Below, piece by piece: positions 27,527-37,496 of a stretch of DNA of 64,000 bases. The stretch is from the NCBI GenBank assembly GCA_965223905.1, contig CBDCXV010000001.1, positions 224,001 through 288,000 on the forward strand, in the 5' to 3' direction. The notes under the pieces were generated by a model. That model was not told the origin of the DNA. It saw nothing but the letters and a program-made list of their open reading frames with translations, and searched no databases. This DNA is from Candidatus Latescibacterota bacterium. Lineage in GTDB: Bacteria > Latescibacterota > UBA2968 > UBA8231. The stretch's first letter is position 1. The number at the start of each line of letters is the position of its first letter. A program made the position numbers and the translations under genes.

Positions 27527-28822
27527 GTGAAAACCTTCAATACCACTGCTTCAGGAGATAGTCCCTTGGCCGCCAACCAGGCAACCATACACTCCCGCGC
27601 CTTCTACGGCGACGAGGAAATCACCCTGACCTTTCCCGAGGGATGGGAGGTCACCGTGCTCGCTCCCGATGTGGCCCCCGCTCTCGGGGAATCCCAGCGC
27701 CGAGCGGCCTTCGACCAGCCGATCGGGACGCCGCGGATCGCCGACATGGCGCGCGGAAAAAAGAGCGCCGCCATCGTCGTCGACGATCTCAGCCGGCCGA
27801 CCCCGGCCAGCGAGCTGATCCCCTCGATACTGCGCGAACTGTCCGAAGCCGGCGTTCCAGCGGGTGAGATCCGCTTCGTCGTCGGTTGCGGCTCGCACCG
27901 GCCCCTGACCAGGGAAGAGATGGCCCTGAAAGTCGGTGCCGACATCGTCCGCGACTTTCCCGTCACCTGTCACAACTTCATGAGCGGAAAGCTGCGCGGC
28001 ATGGGCAACCTCGAAGACGGCACACCCGTCTTCATCGATCCGGTCGTCGCCGCTGCCGAGTTCAAGATCTGTCTCGGAGGCCTCTACCCGCACGGTTCGA
28101 TGGGATTCGGCGGCGGTTCCAAGCTGATTCTCCCCGGCATCTCGGGATTCGCGACGATGTTCTGCTTCCACACCTTCTACCCCGGTCGCGGCCATGCGGT
28201 CATCGATAATCACGGGGATCAACGCGACGGGAGAGATGTCTCCGAAGAGGTCGCCCGCCTTGCCGGGCTCGACGTCATCGTCAATGCCGTGCTCAATCAA
28301 AAACGCGAAGTGGCCGGGCTGTTCGTCGGTGATTTCGTCGCCGCCCACCGCAAGGCAGCGGCGTTCGCCAGGAAAACCTACGCGACTTCCATCCCGGAGC
28401 AGGTGCGGCGCCAGACCGATCTGCTCGTAGTCAACTGCTACCCCCTCGACTCCGACCCGATCCAGACCGGCAAGGCGTTTTGGCCGCGGCGGTACTTCGA
28501 CCGCACCTACACGGTCGCCATCAACCCCGCCTGCGACGGAATCTCCTACCACGGCCTGTACGACCGCCTGAACTACGAGCGCTTCCTGGAGAAGGAAAAG
28601 TCCCGGCCTGCGGCTGAATTCCCGCCTCCCCGAATCGGCAAACCGGACCAGGCACTGGTCTGGTCGGAGCATTTTCCCGTTGCGGATTTCTACGAAAGAC
28701 ATCCTCAGGACGTCCTCTTCCGCGATTGGGAAGAACTGTTGTCACAGCTTGCGGCCAAGCTGCCGGGCAACGCTCGGGTGGCCCTGTTCCCGTTCGCCAG
28801 CATCCAGGTCCTCGCCGACTGA
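27527..28822 (+). CDS. Lactate racemase LarA-superfamily protein
   Basis: PIGTPRI, DDLSRPTP, GSHRP, PHGSMGFGGGSKLILPG. Confidence 0.85.
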   Translation: MKTFNTTASGDSPLAANQATIHSRAFYGDEEITLTFPEGWEVTVLAPDVAPALGESQRRAAFDQPIGTPRIADMARGKKSAAIVVDDLSRPTPASELIPSILRELSEAGVPAGEIRFVVGCGSHRPLTREEMALKVGADIVRDFPVTCHNFMSGKLRGMGNLEDGTPVFIDPVVAAAEFKICLGGLYPHGSMGFGGGSKLILPGISGFATMFCFHTFYPGRGHAVIDNHGDQRDGRDVSEEVARLAGLDVIVNAVLNQKREVAGLFVGDFVAAHRKAAAFARKTYATSIPEQVRRQTDLLVVNCYPLDSDPIQTGKAFWPRRYFDRTYTVAINPACDGISYHGLYDRLNYERFLEKEKSRPAAEFPPPRIGKPDQALVWSEHFPVADFYERHPQDVLFRDWEELLSQLAAKLPGNARVALFPFASIQVLAD

Positions 28823-28912
28823 ACGGAGCCTGCCCGGCAATTCGGCCCAACCAACCGCAAAAACCATCGGGGGATCCAGGCAAGGCAGGGCGCCAAACCG
28901 TAGCAGCGGACG

Positions 28913-29860
28913 CTACTTCCGGTCTCCTGTGCCGTAGCCCCCGTCGAAGAACGTCTTGAGGCCGGGGTGCTCCTGGATGTAGCTCTTGAGCTCGAGCACG
29001 ATGTTCTCCTGCAGCTGAATGCTGAGCCCGCCGTCGACAGGCAGGACCACGCCGGTGATGAAAGCGGCCTCCTCCGAGCAGAGAAAGGAGACCGCGTTGC
29101 CGATGTCCTCCGGCACCCCGGTGCGCCGCACCGGATACTGCAGCTCGTGCAGTCTGAATCCGGCTTCGTTTGCAACCTCCGACCACAGCTTCTCCAGGCC
29201 CTCGGTTACAATGTGTCCCGGGGCAATGGCGTTGACGGTGATTCCGAGCGGCCCGAAGTCGATCGCCATCTGGCGCGTGAGCCCGATTACCGCGGCCTTT
29301 CCGGATTCGTACACCATGGTCCCTGCCGCCTGCAGCAGACCGTGCACGGAGGAGATGTTGACGATGCGGCCAACCTCCATGGGCGGGGGAGAGCCGTGGC
29401 GTAGCCCGCCGCCCGCCCACGGCCCCGGATCGAACCCGGACGGCGGGCCCGAATCCGTCATCGCCGGCACCCCGTACTTGGCGCCGAGGAAATGGGCCAT
29501 CACCAGCAGGTCCATTCCCTTCCGCCAGGAATCGACGTCCACCTCGAGAGCGCTGCCGTCGGAAAATCCGATCACTCCGTAGGCGTTCTGAACGAGAATG
29601 TCGAGGCGTCCGTACTCGTCGACGGCGCGCTCCACCATGCTCCGGGCGACCTCTTCTTTCGATACGTCGCCGCGCATGGAGGACGCCGTACCTCCCGACT
29701 CCCGGATCCGCCCGGCGCTGGCATCAGCTCCGGCCTCGTCGATGTCGACGATGAGGACCTTCGACCCGTCGGCAGCCAGCTTGCGGGCGATTCCGGCGCC
29801 TATTCCGGTAGCCCCACCGGTAACGATGGCTGCCTTGCCCTGGTGTTTCATCTGGTTCAT
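28913..29860 (-). CDS. Short-chain dehydrogenase/reductase
   Basis: TGGATGIG, NA, NISS, YESGK, VNAIAPG, VDGG. Confidence 0.93.
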   Translation of the reverse strand: MNQMKHQGKAAIVTGGATGIGAGIARKLAADGSKVLIVDIDEAGADASAGRIRESGGTASSMRGDVSKEEVARSMVERAVDEYGRLDILVQNAYGVIGFSDGSALEVDVDSWRKGMDLLVMAHFLGAKYGVPAMTDSGPPSGFDPGPWAGGGLRHGSPPPMEVGRIVNISSVHGLLQAAGTMVYESGKAAVIGLTRQMAIDFGPLGITVNAIAPGHIVTEGLEKLWSEVANEAGFRLHELQYPVRRTGVPEDIGNAVSFLCSEEAAFITGVVLPVDGGLSIQLQENIVLELKSYIQEHPGLKTFFDGGYGTGDRK

Positions 29861-30045
29861 GGTCCTTCCCTCCTTTTTGGGTCAAACTGTCCGCTCCTCC
29901 CTGCAGCGGTCAAGCCCTTCGTGGCAACTCCGCCACAGTTTGGTTAGCCTCAAGGTCCCGTTGGACTCATCCTGTCTGTGGCCTCCGCCGGAGAGCTGGC
30001 CGCGTCAACGAGCTTCACTCCATCACCTTCAGCCCGCACGAATCG

Positions 30046-30948
30046 TTGAACACTTCCAGCCGCTTCGCGCCGGTTCTGGCTGCCTCGACCGCCTGCATCC
30101 TGGGCGGAACGATGGCAGTCGCCATGCGCTACCTGGTATCCTCCATCGACCCGGTCACCCTCGCCATTTTCCGCACCGGCGCAGGTGTCCTCTGTCTGTT
30201 GCCGGCGGCCTTGCTGACCCCGGGTCCGCGGTTCGCGCGGCGCGACCTGCTGCCGATTGCCCTCCTTGGAGTGATGTTCTTCGCGCTGTTCGGTCCCGGG
30301 TTCGCGACCGCCCTGAAGTACACCACCGCAACGCGTGCCGCTACCGTAATGGCCCTGGCGCCGATCGTCACCCTGCTGGCTGCGGCGGCGCTCGGGCGCG
30401 AGTCGCTTACGCGCAACAAGCTGCTGGGGGCCCTGCTCTCCATCGCCGGAGTCGCCGTCGTCGTTAGTGAGCCGGCTTCTTCGAACGCTGCCAAGGAAAG
30501 CCTGCGTGGAGACGCGATCGTCCTCGGGCTGGTCTGCCTGATCGCCCTTTTCAACACCTTGAGCCGTCCGTTCCTGCAGCGCTACCCACCGGTTCGCGTA
30601 ACGACCTGCTTCATGGCTTGCGGATGGGTGGCGATGTTCTCGGTATCGCTGGCCGCGGACTGGATCGAGCCGTTCCCGGAGCTTTCGGCCTTTCAATGGC
30701 TCGTTCTCCTCTACCTGGGCACCGTCGTCAGTGCCGTTCCCTCCTTCCTCTACCACTGGGCCCTGGGCAGGATCGAGGCAGGGCAGGTGACGGTGACTCT
30801 GGGGTTGAACCCGATTTCAGCGGCGTTTTTCGGAGTGCTGCTGCTCTCGGAGCCGCTCGCGTGGCAGCTTCTGGCCGGACTCGTGCTGGTTCTGGCGGGG
30901 ATTTATCTTTCCGCCCGCCCGCTGGCGAAGAAACCCTCCCGACCTTAG
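30046..30948 (+). CDS. DMT/EamA-family transporter
   Basis: About 10 TM helices in two EamA repeats; LNPISAAFFGVLLLSE. Confidence 0.88.
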   Translation: MNTSSRFAPVLAASTACILGGTMAVAMRYLVSSIDPVTLAIFRTGAGVLCLLPAALLTPGPRFARRDLLPIALLGVMFFALFGPGFATALKYTTATRAATVMALAPIVTLLAAAALGRESLTRNKLLGALLSIAGVAVVVSEPASSNAAKESLRGDAIVLGLVCLIALFNTLSRPFLQRYPPVRVTTCFMACGWVAMFSVSLAADWIEPFPELSAFQWLVLLYLGTVVSAVPSFLYHWALGRIEAGQVTVTLGLNPISAAFFGVLLLSEPLAWQLLAGLVLVLAGIYLSARPLAKKPSRP

Positions 30949-30953
30949 CGACC

Positions 30954-32449
30954 GTGCCGGCCAGACCGAATCTGCTGTTCATCATCGCCGACCAGCTGCG
31001 CCACGACTTTCTCGGCTGTTTCGGCGCCCCTTTTATCGATACCCCGAACATTGACCGCATCGCCCGCGAAGGGGTGCTCTACGAACAGGCGTACAGCCCC
31101 CACCCCGTCTGCGTGTCGGCGCGCGTCGCCCTGCTGACCGGCCTGGACGCCGTCAAGACAGGGGTCACCAACAACGGCCAGTTCCTGCGCCCGGATCACG
31201 CCGAAGCAGGTCTGCCTACGTGGCCTCAGATGCTGTCTGCTGCCGGGTATTTCACCAGCGCCATCGGCAAGATGCATTTCTATCCCTGGGATGAGGCGTT
31301 CGGCTTCGACCACCGCGTCATCTGCGAAGACAAGCGCTGGCTGCTGATCCAGGACGACTACTTCCACTTTCTCGCCCGCCACGGCCACCGCAAGTACCAC
31401 GGTAACGAGCACGAGGGGTATCACGAGAACCTCGGGGCGATTGTCAGCCTGCTGCCCTGGGAGTGCTATTGGGATCGCTTCGTAGGTCGCGAGGCAGCGG
31501 GCTTTCTGCGCACATGCCAAAGCAGGCCGTTCGCGGCGATGGTGAGCTTTCCGGGGCCTCACTGCCCGTACGATCCGACCCCGGAATACCTCGCCCGGTT
31601 CGACGAGGCGGACATGCCGGCTGCCGTTCCGGAAGTGGAGGGAGATCACCCCGGGCTCCGCCGCCTCAACATCGAGGGCAACAGGCTGCCCTGGAACGGC
31701 GTCGACTACAGCGAGTTCACCGAGGCGCGCAAGCGCAGGATTCGCGCCCATTACGCGGCGATGGTGAAGCAGATCGACGACCAGGTCGGCGAGATCCTTG
31801 CGGTCCTGGAAGAAAACGGGACTCTCGACGACACGCTGGTTCTGTTCACCTCGGATCACGGAGATTGCCTCGGCGACCACAACCTCATTGGCAAGGGGAT
31901 CTTCTTCGAGGGCAGCTGCCACATTCCGCTCGTCGTCAGCCGCCTCGAAGTGGAGGCGTGCCCCATCGTCCACCGTCTTCGAGCCGCTGCAGCGACCTGG
32001 TTTCCCTGACCGACGTTACCGCCACCCTGCTCGCTTTCGCCGGCGTCGACCTGCCGGAGTACATGGACTCGCTGCCGCTGCCCGGCCTCGGCCTGCCCAC
32101 GCGGCAGCGCGACGTTTTGATCGGAATGCTCGGAGGCGCCTGGATGGCGTACGACGGGCGCACCAGGCTGGCGAAGTACTCGACCGGCGAATCGCTGATG
32201 TTCGATCTCGCCGAAGACCCGGGGGAACAGCGCGACCTGCTGAAGCGCAACGGAGGCGGGAAGGTATTTCGCGATCTCGACGCCGCCATCACCTCACAGG
32301 TCATGCGCTCGATCGAGTTCGGACACCTCGACAAGCAGGTGTACGTCTCCGACCTGTCCGCGGACCCGCGCTTCGGCGCCCGCGGCTGGCGGCGCCGGTT
32401 TCCGAAGCCGCTGGGAGAGGAAATGCGCAGGGCCGGCTACGCCGGCTGA
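30954..32449 (+). CDS. Sulfatase-family hydrolase, frameshifted near 31935
   Basis: RPNLLFIIADQLR, CVSARVALLTG, GKMHF, PHCPY, TSDHGD, HIPLVV; the C-terminal part (DLVSLTDVTATL...FDLAEDPGEQRDL) is in another frame ending at 32449. Confidence 0.82.
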
Positions 32450-32521
32450 TTGCGCTGTCGACCGGGGGAGTTTGGCGCGCGCCTCGTAGATTACCCTTCT
32501 GACGCAGCCGGCGGGAAACCC

Positions 32522-33715
32522 ATGGACTTTTCCATCGACAGGCATCACGACGAACTCCGCCATCGGGCACGCGAGTTCTGCGAGCGCGAGATAGGCCCCC
32601 ATGTTCGTGCCTGGGACCGCGCCGGAAGCTTCCCCGAGGGCATGGTCGCAAAGCTTGGCGAAGAGGGATTCCTAGGGCTGTGCATCCCCGAGTCCGAGGG
32701 GGGCCGGGGGCAGGATTACCTCGCTCTCGGACTGTTGTGCGAGGAGCTGGAGCGCGCCGACTCCGCCTTCCGGGTACTGCTCTCCGTTCACCTCGGGCTC
32801 AACACGCTGGCGCTCCTGCAATGGGGCACCGAGGAGCAGAAACGGCGCTTCTTGCGGCCACAGGCGCAGGGCGAGAAACTCGCGGCCTTCGGGCTGACGG
32901 AACCGGAAGCCGGCAGCGACGTCTCCGCCCTCAGGTGCAGCGCCAGACGCGAGGGAGATGCCTATGTCCTCAACGGGGACAAGAGCTGGATCGGCTTTGC
33001 CGATGCCGCCGATCACTTCCTGATATTCGCCAGGACAGGTCCCGGCCCCGGCAGCAGCGGCATCTCCGCCTTCATAGTGGAGCGGGGGGCGCCGGGTCTG
33101 CGTACGTCGAGCATCGAGCACAAGCTCGGCGGACGCGCCGGCAACACCGGCCGCGTTTCGCTGCACGACGTAGCAGTCCCCTTGGAGAACCGACTGGGAG
33201 GCGAAGGAGAGGGCTTCAAGATCGCGATGAGCGCCCTCGACAACGGGCGCTACACGGTGGCTGCCGGCGCCGTCGGGTTGATCGATGCCTGCCTCGAGGC
33301 AAGCGCGAGCTTCGCCCGCGCCCGGGAGGCTTTCGGCAAGGCGATCGGCAGGCAGCAGCTCGTGCAGCAGAAAATCGCGGAAATGGTTGCCGGCAGGGAC
33401 ATCGGGCGCCTGCTCTGGCAAAAGGTCGGCTGGCTGAAAAACCAGGGCCGGCGCTGCACCCGGGAGGTTTCGCTCGCCAAGTGGATCAACTGCCGCAACG
33501 CCTTCGCCGCGGCCGATGCCGCGGTGCAGATTCACGGAGCGCGCGGGTACAGCGACGAGTTCCCGGTGGAGCGCTACCTGCGCAACGCCCGCGGCGCCCG
33601 CATCTACGAAGGGACCGAAGAGATTCACCAGGTCCTGCAGGCGGAATACGCACTCGGCTACCGCGGGGACAAGCCTCTGAAACGGGAGCTTCCCAGGTTC
33701 GGCGGAGCAGGCTGA
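32522..33715 (+). CDS. Acyl-CoA dehydrogenase
   Basis: FGLTEPEAGSD, NGDKSWI, QIHGARGY, IYEGTEEI. Confidence 0.95.
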   Translation: MDFSIDRHHDELRHRAREFCEREIGPHVRAWDRAGSFPEGMVAKLGEEGFLGLCIPESEGGRGQDYLALGLLCEELERADSAFRVLLSVHLGLNTLALLQWGTEEQKRRFLRPQAQGEKLAAFGLTEPEAGSDVSALRCSARREGDAYVLNGDKSWIGFADAADHFLIFARTGPGPGSSGISAFIVERGAPGLRTSSIEHKLGGRAGNTGRVSLHDVAVPLENRLGGEGEGFKIAMSALDNGRYTVAAGAVGLIDACLEASASFARAREAFGKAIGRQQLVQQKIAEMVAGRDIGRLLWQKVGWLKNQGRRCTREVSLAKWINCRNAFAAADAAVQIHGARGYSDEFPVERYLRNARGARIYEGTEEIHQVLQAEYALGYRGDKPLKRELPRFGGAG

Positions 33716-33734
33716 AACCCGGGCTTCGCACACC

Positions 33735-35366
33735 ATGTACGAAAGAGATCTGCAGCAACGACCCGCCAACTACGTGCCGCTGACGCCCCTCAGCTTCCTG
33801 GCGCGGGCGGCCCGGGTATACCCGACAAAGAAGGCGGTCATCTACGGCGAGCAGGGGCGCGACTACGGCACTTTGTACGGCCGCTGCCGCCAACTGGCGT
33901 CGGCGTTGCACGACACCGGCGTCGGGAAGGGTGACACCGTGTCGGTGCTGGCGCCGAACGTTCCCGCCATGGTGGAAGCCCATTTTGCCGTGCCGATGGC
34001 GGGGGCCGTTCTCAACACGATCAACACCCGCCTCGATGCCGCCACCGTGGCCTTCATCCTCACCCACGGGGAAACCAAGGTGCTGCTCGTCGACAGCGAG
34101 CTGGCCGGCCTCGCCGCCGAGGCGCTCTCACGCATGCGGGGGGAGGACGCGCCGCTCGTCGTCGCCATCGATGACGAGCTCGCCGACACGACAGGAGCGG
34201 GCGGGGTTGTCGGAGAGGTCGAATACGAAGGGTTCCTCGCCCGCGGCTGCAGCGATTTCGCCTGGGAACCGCCTGAAAACGAATGGCAGGCGATCTCCCT
34301 CAACTACACCTCCGGCACCACCGGCAACCCCAAGGGAGTCGTCTACCACCACCGCGGCGCCTACCTGAACGCGCTCGGCAACGTCATGGCCCTGCAGATG
34401 AGTCCGCGCACGGTATACCTGTGGACGTTGCCCATGTTCCACTGCAACGGGTGGTGCCATCCGTGGGCGCTGGCCGCGGCAGGCGCCACCCAGGTCTGCC
34501 TGCGCAGGACGGAGCCGGCGGCGATCTTTGCCGCAATCGCCCGCCATGGAGTCACCCACATGTGCGGGGCTCCGGTCGTGCTCAACATGCTCATCCACGC
34601 CCCGGACGAGGTGAAACGGCGCTTCGACCACGAGGTGCAGGTCGCCTCCGGGGGTGCCTCCCCCCCGAGTGCGGTCATCTCCAGCATGGCCGAGATGGGG
34701 TTCCGGGTGCACCACCTGTACGGACTGACCGAGACCTACGGCCCGGCGACGCTGTGCGCCTGGCAGCATGGTTGGGACGATCTCGACGAGAAGTCGCAGG
34801 CCGAACGGATCGCCCGTCAGGGAGTGGCCTTGCCGACTCTCGAGGAGGTGCGCGTGTGCGATCCCGAAAGCTTCGAGGAGGTCCCCGCGGACGCGGCGAC
34901 CATCGGGGAGATCATGGTGCGGGGAAACACTGTGATGAAGGGGTACCTCAAGAACGGCGAGGCCTCGCGGGCGGCCTTCGCCGGAGGATGGTTCCACACC
35001 GGCGACCTGGGCGTCGTTCACGAGGACGGATACGTCGAGGTAAAGGACCGCTCCAAGGACATCATCATTTCGGGGGGCGAGAACATCTCGACCCTCGAGG
35101 TCGAAGAGGTCCTCTACCGCCACCCCGCGGTGATGGAAGCCGCGGTGGTCGCCCGCCCCGACGACAAGTGGGGGGAAACCCCCTGCGCCTTCGTCGCCCT
35201 GGCGCCGTCAGCTGAACCGGTCACCGACGACGAGCTCCTCAGGTACTGCCGCGACCACCTCGCTCACTTCAAGGCGCCCAGGACAGTAGTGTTCGGTGAG
35301 CTCCCCAAAACTTCGACAGGAAAGATCCAGAAATTCCTGCTGCGCGAGCGGGCGGCTGCCCTGTGA
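33735..35366 (+). CDS. Acyl-CoA synthetase (AMP-binding)
   Basis: YTSGTTGNPKG, YGLTETY, FHTGD, DRSKDIIISGGENI, LPKTSTGKIQK. Confidence 0.95.
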   Translation: MYERDLQQRPANYVPLTPLSFLARAARVYPTKKAVIYGEQGRDYGTLYGRCRQLASALHDTGVGKGDTVSVLAPNVPAMVEAHFAVPMAGAVLNTINTRLDAATVAFILTHGETKVLLVDSELAGLAAEALSRMRGEDAPLVVAIDDELADTTGAGGVVGEVEYEGFLARGCSDFAWEPPENEWQAISLNYTSGTTGNPKGVVYHHRGAYLNALGNVMALQMSPRTVYLWTLPMFHCNGWCHPWALAAAGATQVCLRRTEPAAIFAAIARHGVTHMCGAPVVLNMLIHAPDEVKRRFDHEVQVASGGASPPSAVISSMAEMGFRVHHLYGLTETYGPATLCAWQHGWDDLDEKSQAERIARQGVALPTLEEVRVCDPESFEEVPADAATIGEIMVRGNTVMKGYLKNGEASRAAFAGGWFHTGDLGVVHEDGYVEVKDRSKDIIISGGENISTLEVEEVLYRHPAVMEAAVVARPDDKWGETPCAFVALAPSAEPVTDDELLRYCRDHLAHFKAPRTVVFGELPKTSTGKIQKFLLRERAAAL

Positions 35367-35445
35367 GCAGGAAGCCCCTTCGGGCCTGCCAGCTCTTGCC
35401 GCGATGGGTTTCCCCAAACCGCAGCATCCCCCGAGAAAGGGGTGC

Positions 35446-35670
35446 TCAACCGGACAGCTCGGCGAGAACTTCCTCCATCGACCAAAGGCGCTCGGCATTT
35501 TCGATCAGTGCATCGATAATGAATGGATGCGCCTTGACCGTGCGGTTGTCGATGAACTCGAAGCCGGGGGACCAGTTACCCTTGGTATCCCTCGTATACA
35601 TGCTGCTGTCCTCTATGACGGTAATCTCGCCGTCTCGGCCTTCTGCGCCTTTGTACCTGTACTGGGCCAC
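35446..35670 (-). CDS. Small hypothetical protein (74 aa)
   Basis: GGAGG SD 7 nt before GTG at 35670; protein-like composition (MAQYRYKGAEGRDGEITVIED...EEVLAELSG). Confidence 0.5.
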   Translation of the reverse strand: MAQYRYKGAEGRDGEITVIEDSSMYTRDTKGNWSPGFEFIDNRTVKAHPFIIDALIENAERLWSMEEVLAELSG

Positions 35671-36220
35671 GATCTTCCTCCCGTGATCAGCTCCTGTGCA
35701 CTGTTGGATAACACGCAAATCGCGTGCCAATAACACACCCGAAACTGTCTGATTCGAGCCAACTCATTGTTGCACATGGTAGTTGGGGAAAACATTCCAG
35801 GTGGCGACAATTCTCCTGCAGGATTCGAGAACCGAGGGTTGCACTCAGGAATCTGGTACGGGGTCATGTTTTTCTATATAGGAAAAGGTTGCAGCATGCA
35901 CCCGGTGATGGACCAAAGCACGGGACAGAGACCATGGAACCGGTCCCGGCGGCGGTATGCATAGCACGGCACACACCCCGTTTCCGACAGGTTACAGCCG
36001 AGGGGCTCCGCGTTTCCTCGACGCACTGTCCCGCACGATTCGGGACAGATTTGCCAGTCAAGAGACTGTAGCCTGCGCCCGATGTTGGGGTTCTTTCGGA
36101 CGAATCCCCAACTGCGACGGCCAAGCCGCTGAGTTTCCGGCTCATGGTTTACCGCGTTCTCCTCCCGGCGCACATGGTGACTTTGAGCAACCGGGCCCGC
36201 AATGCTTTCTTTCCGGTGAA

Positions 36221-36499
36221 ATGCCGAAAGTCGAAATCTACCTTAGCCCGTTCTGCGGGTACTGCTGGAAGGCGCGCCTGATGCTGTGGCGAAAGGGGAT
36301 TCGATACACCAAGATCCCCATTCGCTTCTACCTCGGCTTCAAGCTGCCGACCGCGAATTTCCAGGAAATGCTGCGTCGCACCGGTGGAGATCGCACAATC
36401 CCTCAGATCTTCGTCGACGGGGAGTATCTGGGTACCGAGGAGACCCTCGACGAGCTCGACCGCCTGGGTGAGCTGGAGAAACGCCTGGGAGGCGCCTGA
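36221..36499 (+). CDS. Glutaredoxin
   Basis: CGYC active site; RTIPQIFVDGEYLG. Confidence 0.88.
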   Translation: MPKVEIYLSPFCGYCWKARLMLWRKGIRYTKIPIRFYLGFKLPTANFQEMLRRTGGDRTIPQIFVDGEYLGTEETLDELDRLGELEKRLGGA

Positions 36500-36505
36500 G
36501 CGACG

Positions 36506-37414
36506 ATGGAGATGCTCGACTACAAGGCGGAAATGCTGGGTGACGTTGCCGGTCTCTTCACCAGGGGGGTCGCGAACGTGCCCAACTGCTGGCCGGTGGA
36601 CGATGCGGATTTCGCCGGGGGGATCGCCGCGGTCTCAGGAGGCGAATGCGACGGCGGACCTCCCGTCGAGGACCAAGCTCTGTCCGTGGCGACGGTCAGG
36701 GGCGAGGTCGTCGGATTCGCACATTTCGGCATTGACCGCCGGGACCCTGACGAACCTCCGCGCGGAGCGATCTGCTTCCTCTATTACGAGCGCGGCTGCC
36801 GCTCCGCCGGCCAAGGGCTGCTCGCCGCGACCGAGAGTACGTTCGCGGCGCGTTCCCTCACCGAAGTCTGCGCCTTCGACTCGAGCTACCGCTACCGCTT
36901 CTACTGCTTTCCCCACGCCTACCTCTCCGATCACCTCGACCACGTCAGCGCCCTGCTGCAGTTCAACGGCTACCGGCTCACGGGGGGCGAGGTCTTTCTC
37001 AACGGACTCGACTACGAAACCGCCGAGCTGCCGCACGCCGACCTCGACTTCGACCTCGCAGTAACCTGGCCCCGTGAAAGAGGCCGGCGCCCCGGCTGCC
37101 ACGTTTTGGCGCACCGGGACGGAGAAACCATTGGTGAATGCAAGATCACCTGCGGCGGCGACTACTCGCGCCACCCCGATGCCCAGGATTTCGGCTTCGT
37201 CGACTGGCTGGGGGTGGAGAAGCCGTATCAGCACCGGGGCCTGGGAAAGCTGTTGTTGTTTCATGCCCGCAACGAGATGCTGGCAGTCGGATACCGACAC
37301 ACCGCCATCAGCACCGCCCGCCACAACAACCGCGCCTTTCTTTTCTACAGCAATCACGGCTACCGCGTCGTCGACTGGACCTACCAGTTGAGCAAGTCGC
37401 TCGACCCGGCATGA
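36506..37414 (+). CDS. GNAT-family N-acetyltransferase (tandem GNAT)
   Basis: LGVEKPYQHRGLGKLL...NNRAFLFYSNHGY. Confidence 0.85.
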   Translation: MEMLDYKAEMLGDVAGLFTRGVANVPNCWPVDDADFAGGIAAVSGGECDGGPPVEDQALSVATVRGEVVGFAHFGIDRRDPDEPPRGAICFLYYERGCRSAGQGLLAATESTFAARSLTEVCAFDSSYRYRFYCFPHAYLSDHLDHVSALLQFNGYRLTGGEVFLNGLDYETAELPHADLDFDLAVTWPRERGRRPGCHVLAHRDGETIGECKITCGGDYSRHPDAQDFGFVDWLGVEKPYQHRGLGKLLLFHARNEMLAVGYRHTAISTARHNNRAFLFYSNHGYRVVDWTYQLSKSLDPA

Positions 37415-37496
37415 GGGGGGCGACAGCGCCGCCTGGGTCTCTCGAGGAGGTCCTGGTTCATGCCTGCCTCCGGCGGGCGTGAGCTGCGGTCAGGCG

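Noticed and set aside
35864-36173. Cys-rich minus-strand ORFs as possible RiPP or metal-binding peptides
   Set aside because: Overlapping frames are equally poor, with no recognisable motif and no modifying enzymes nearby.
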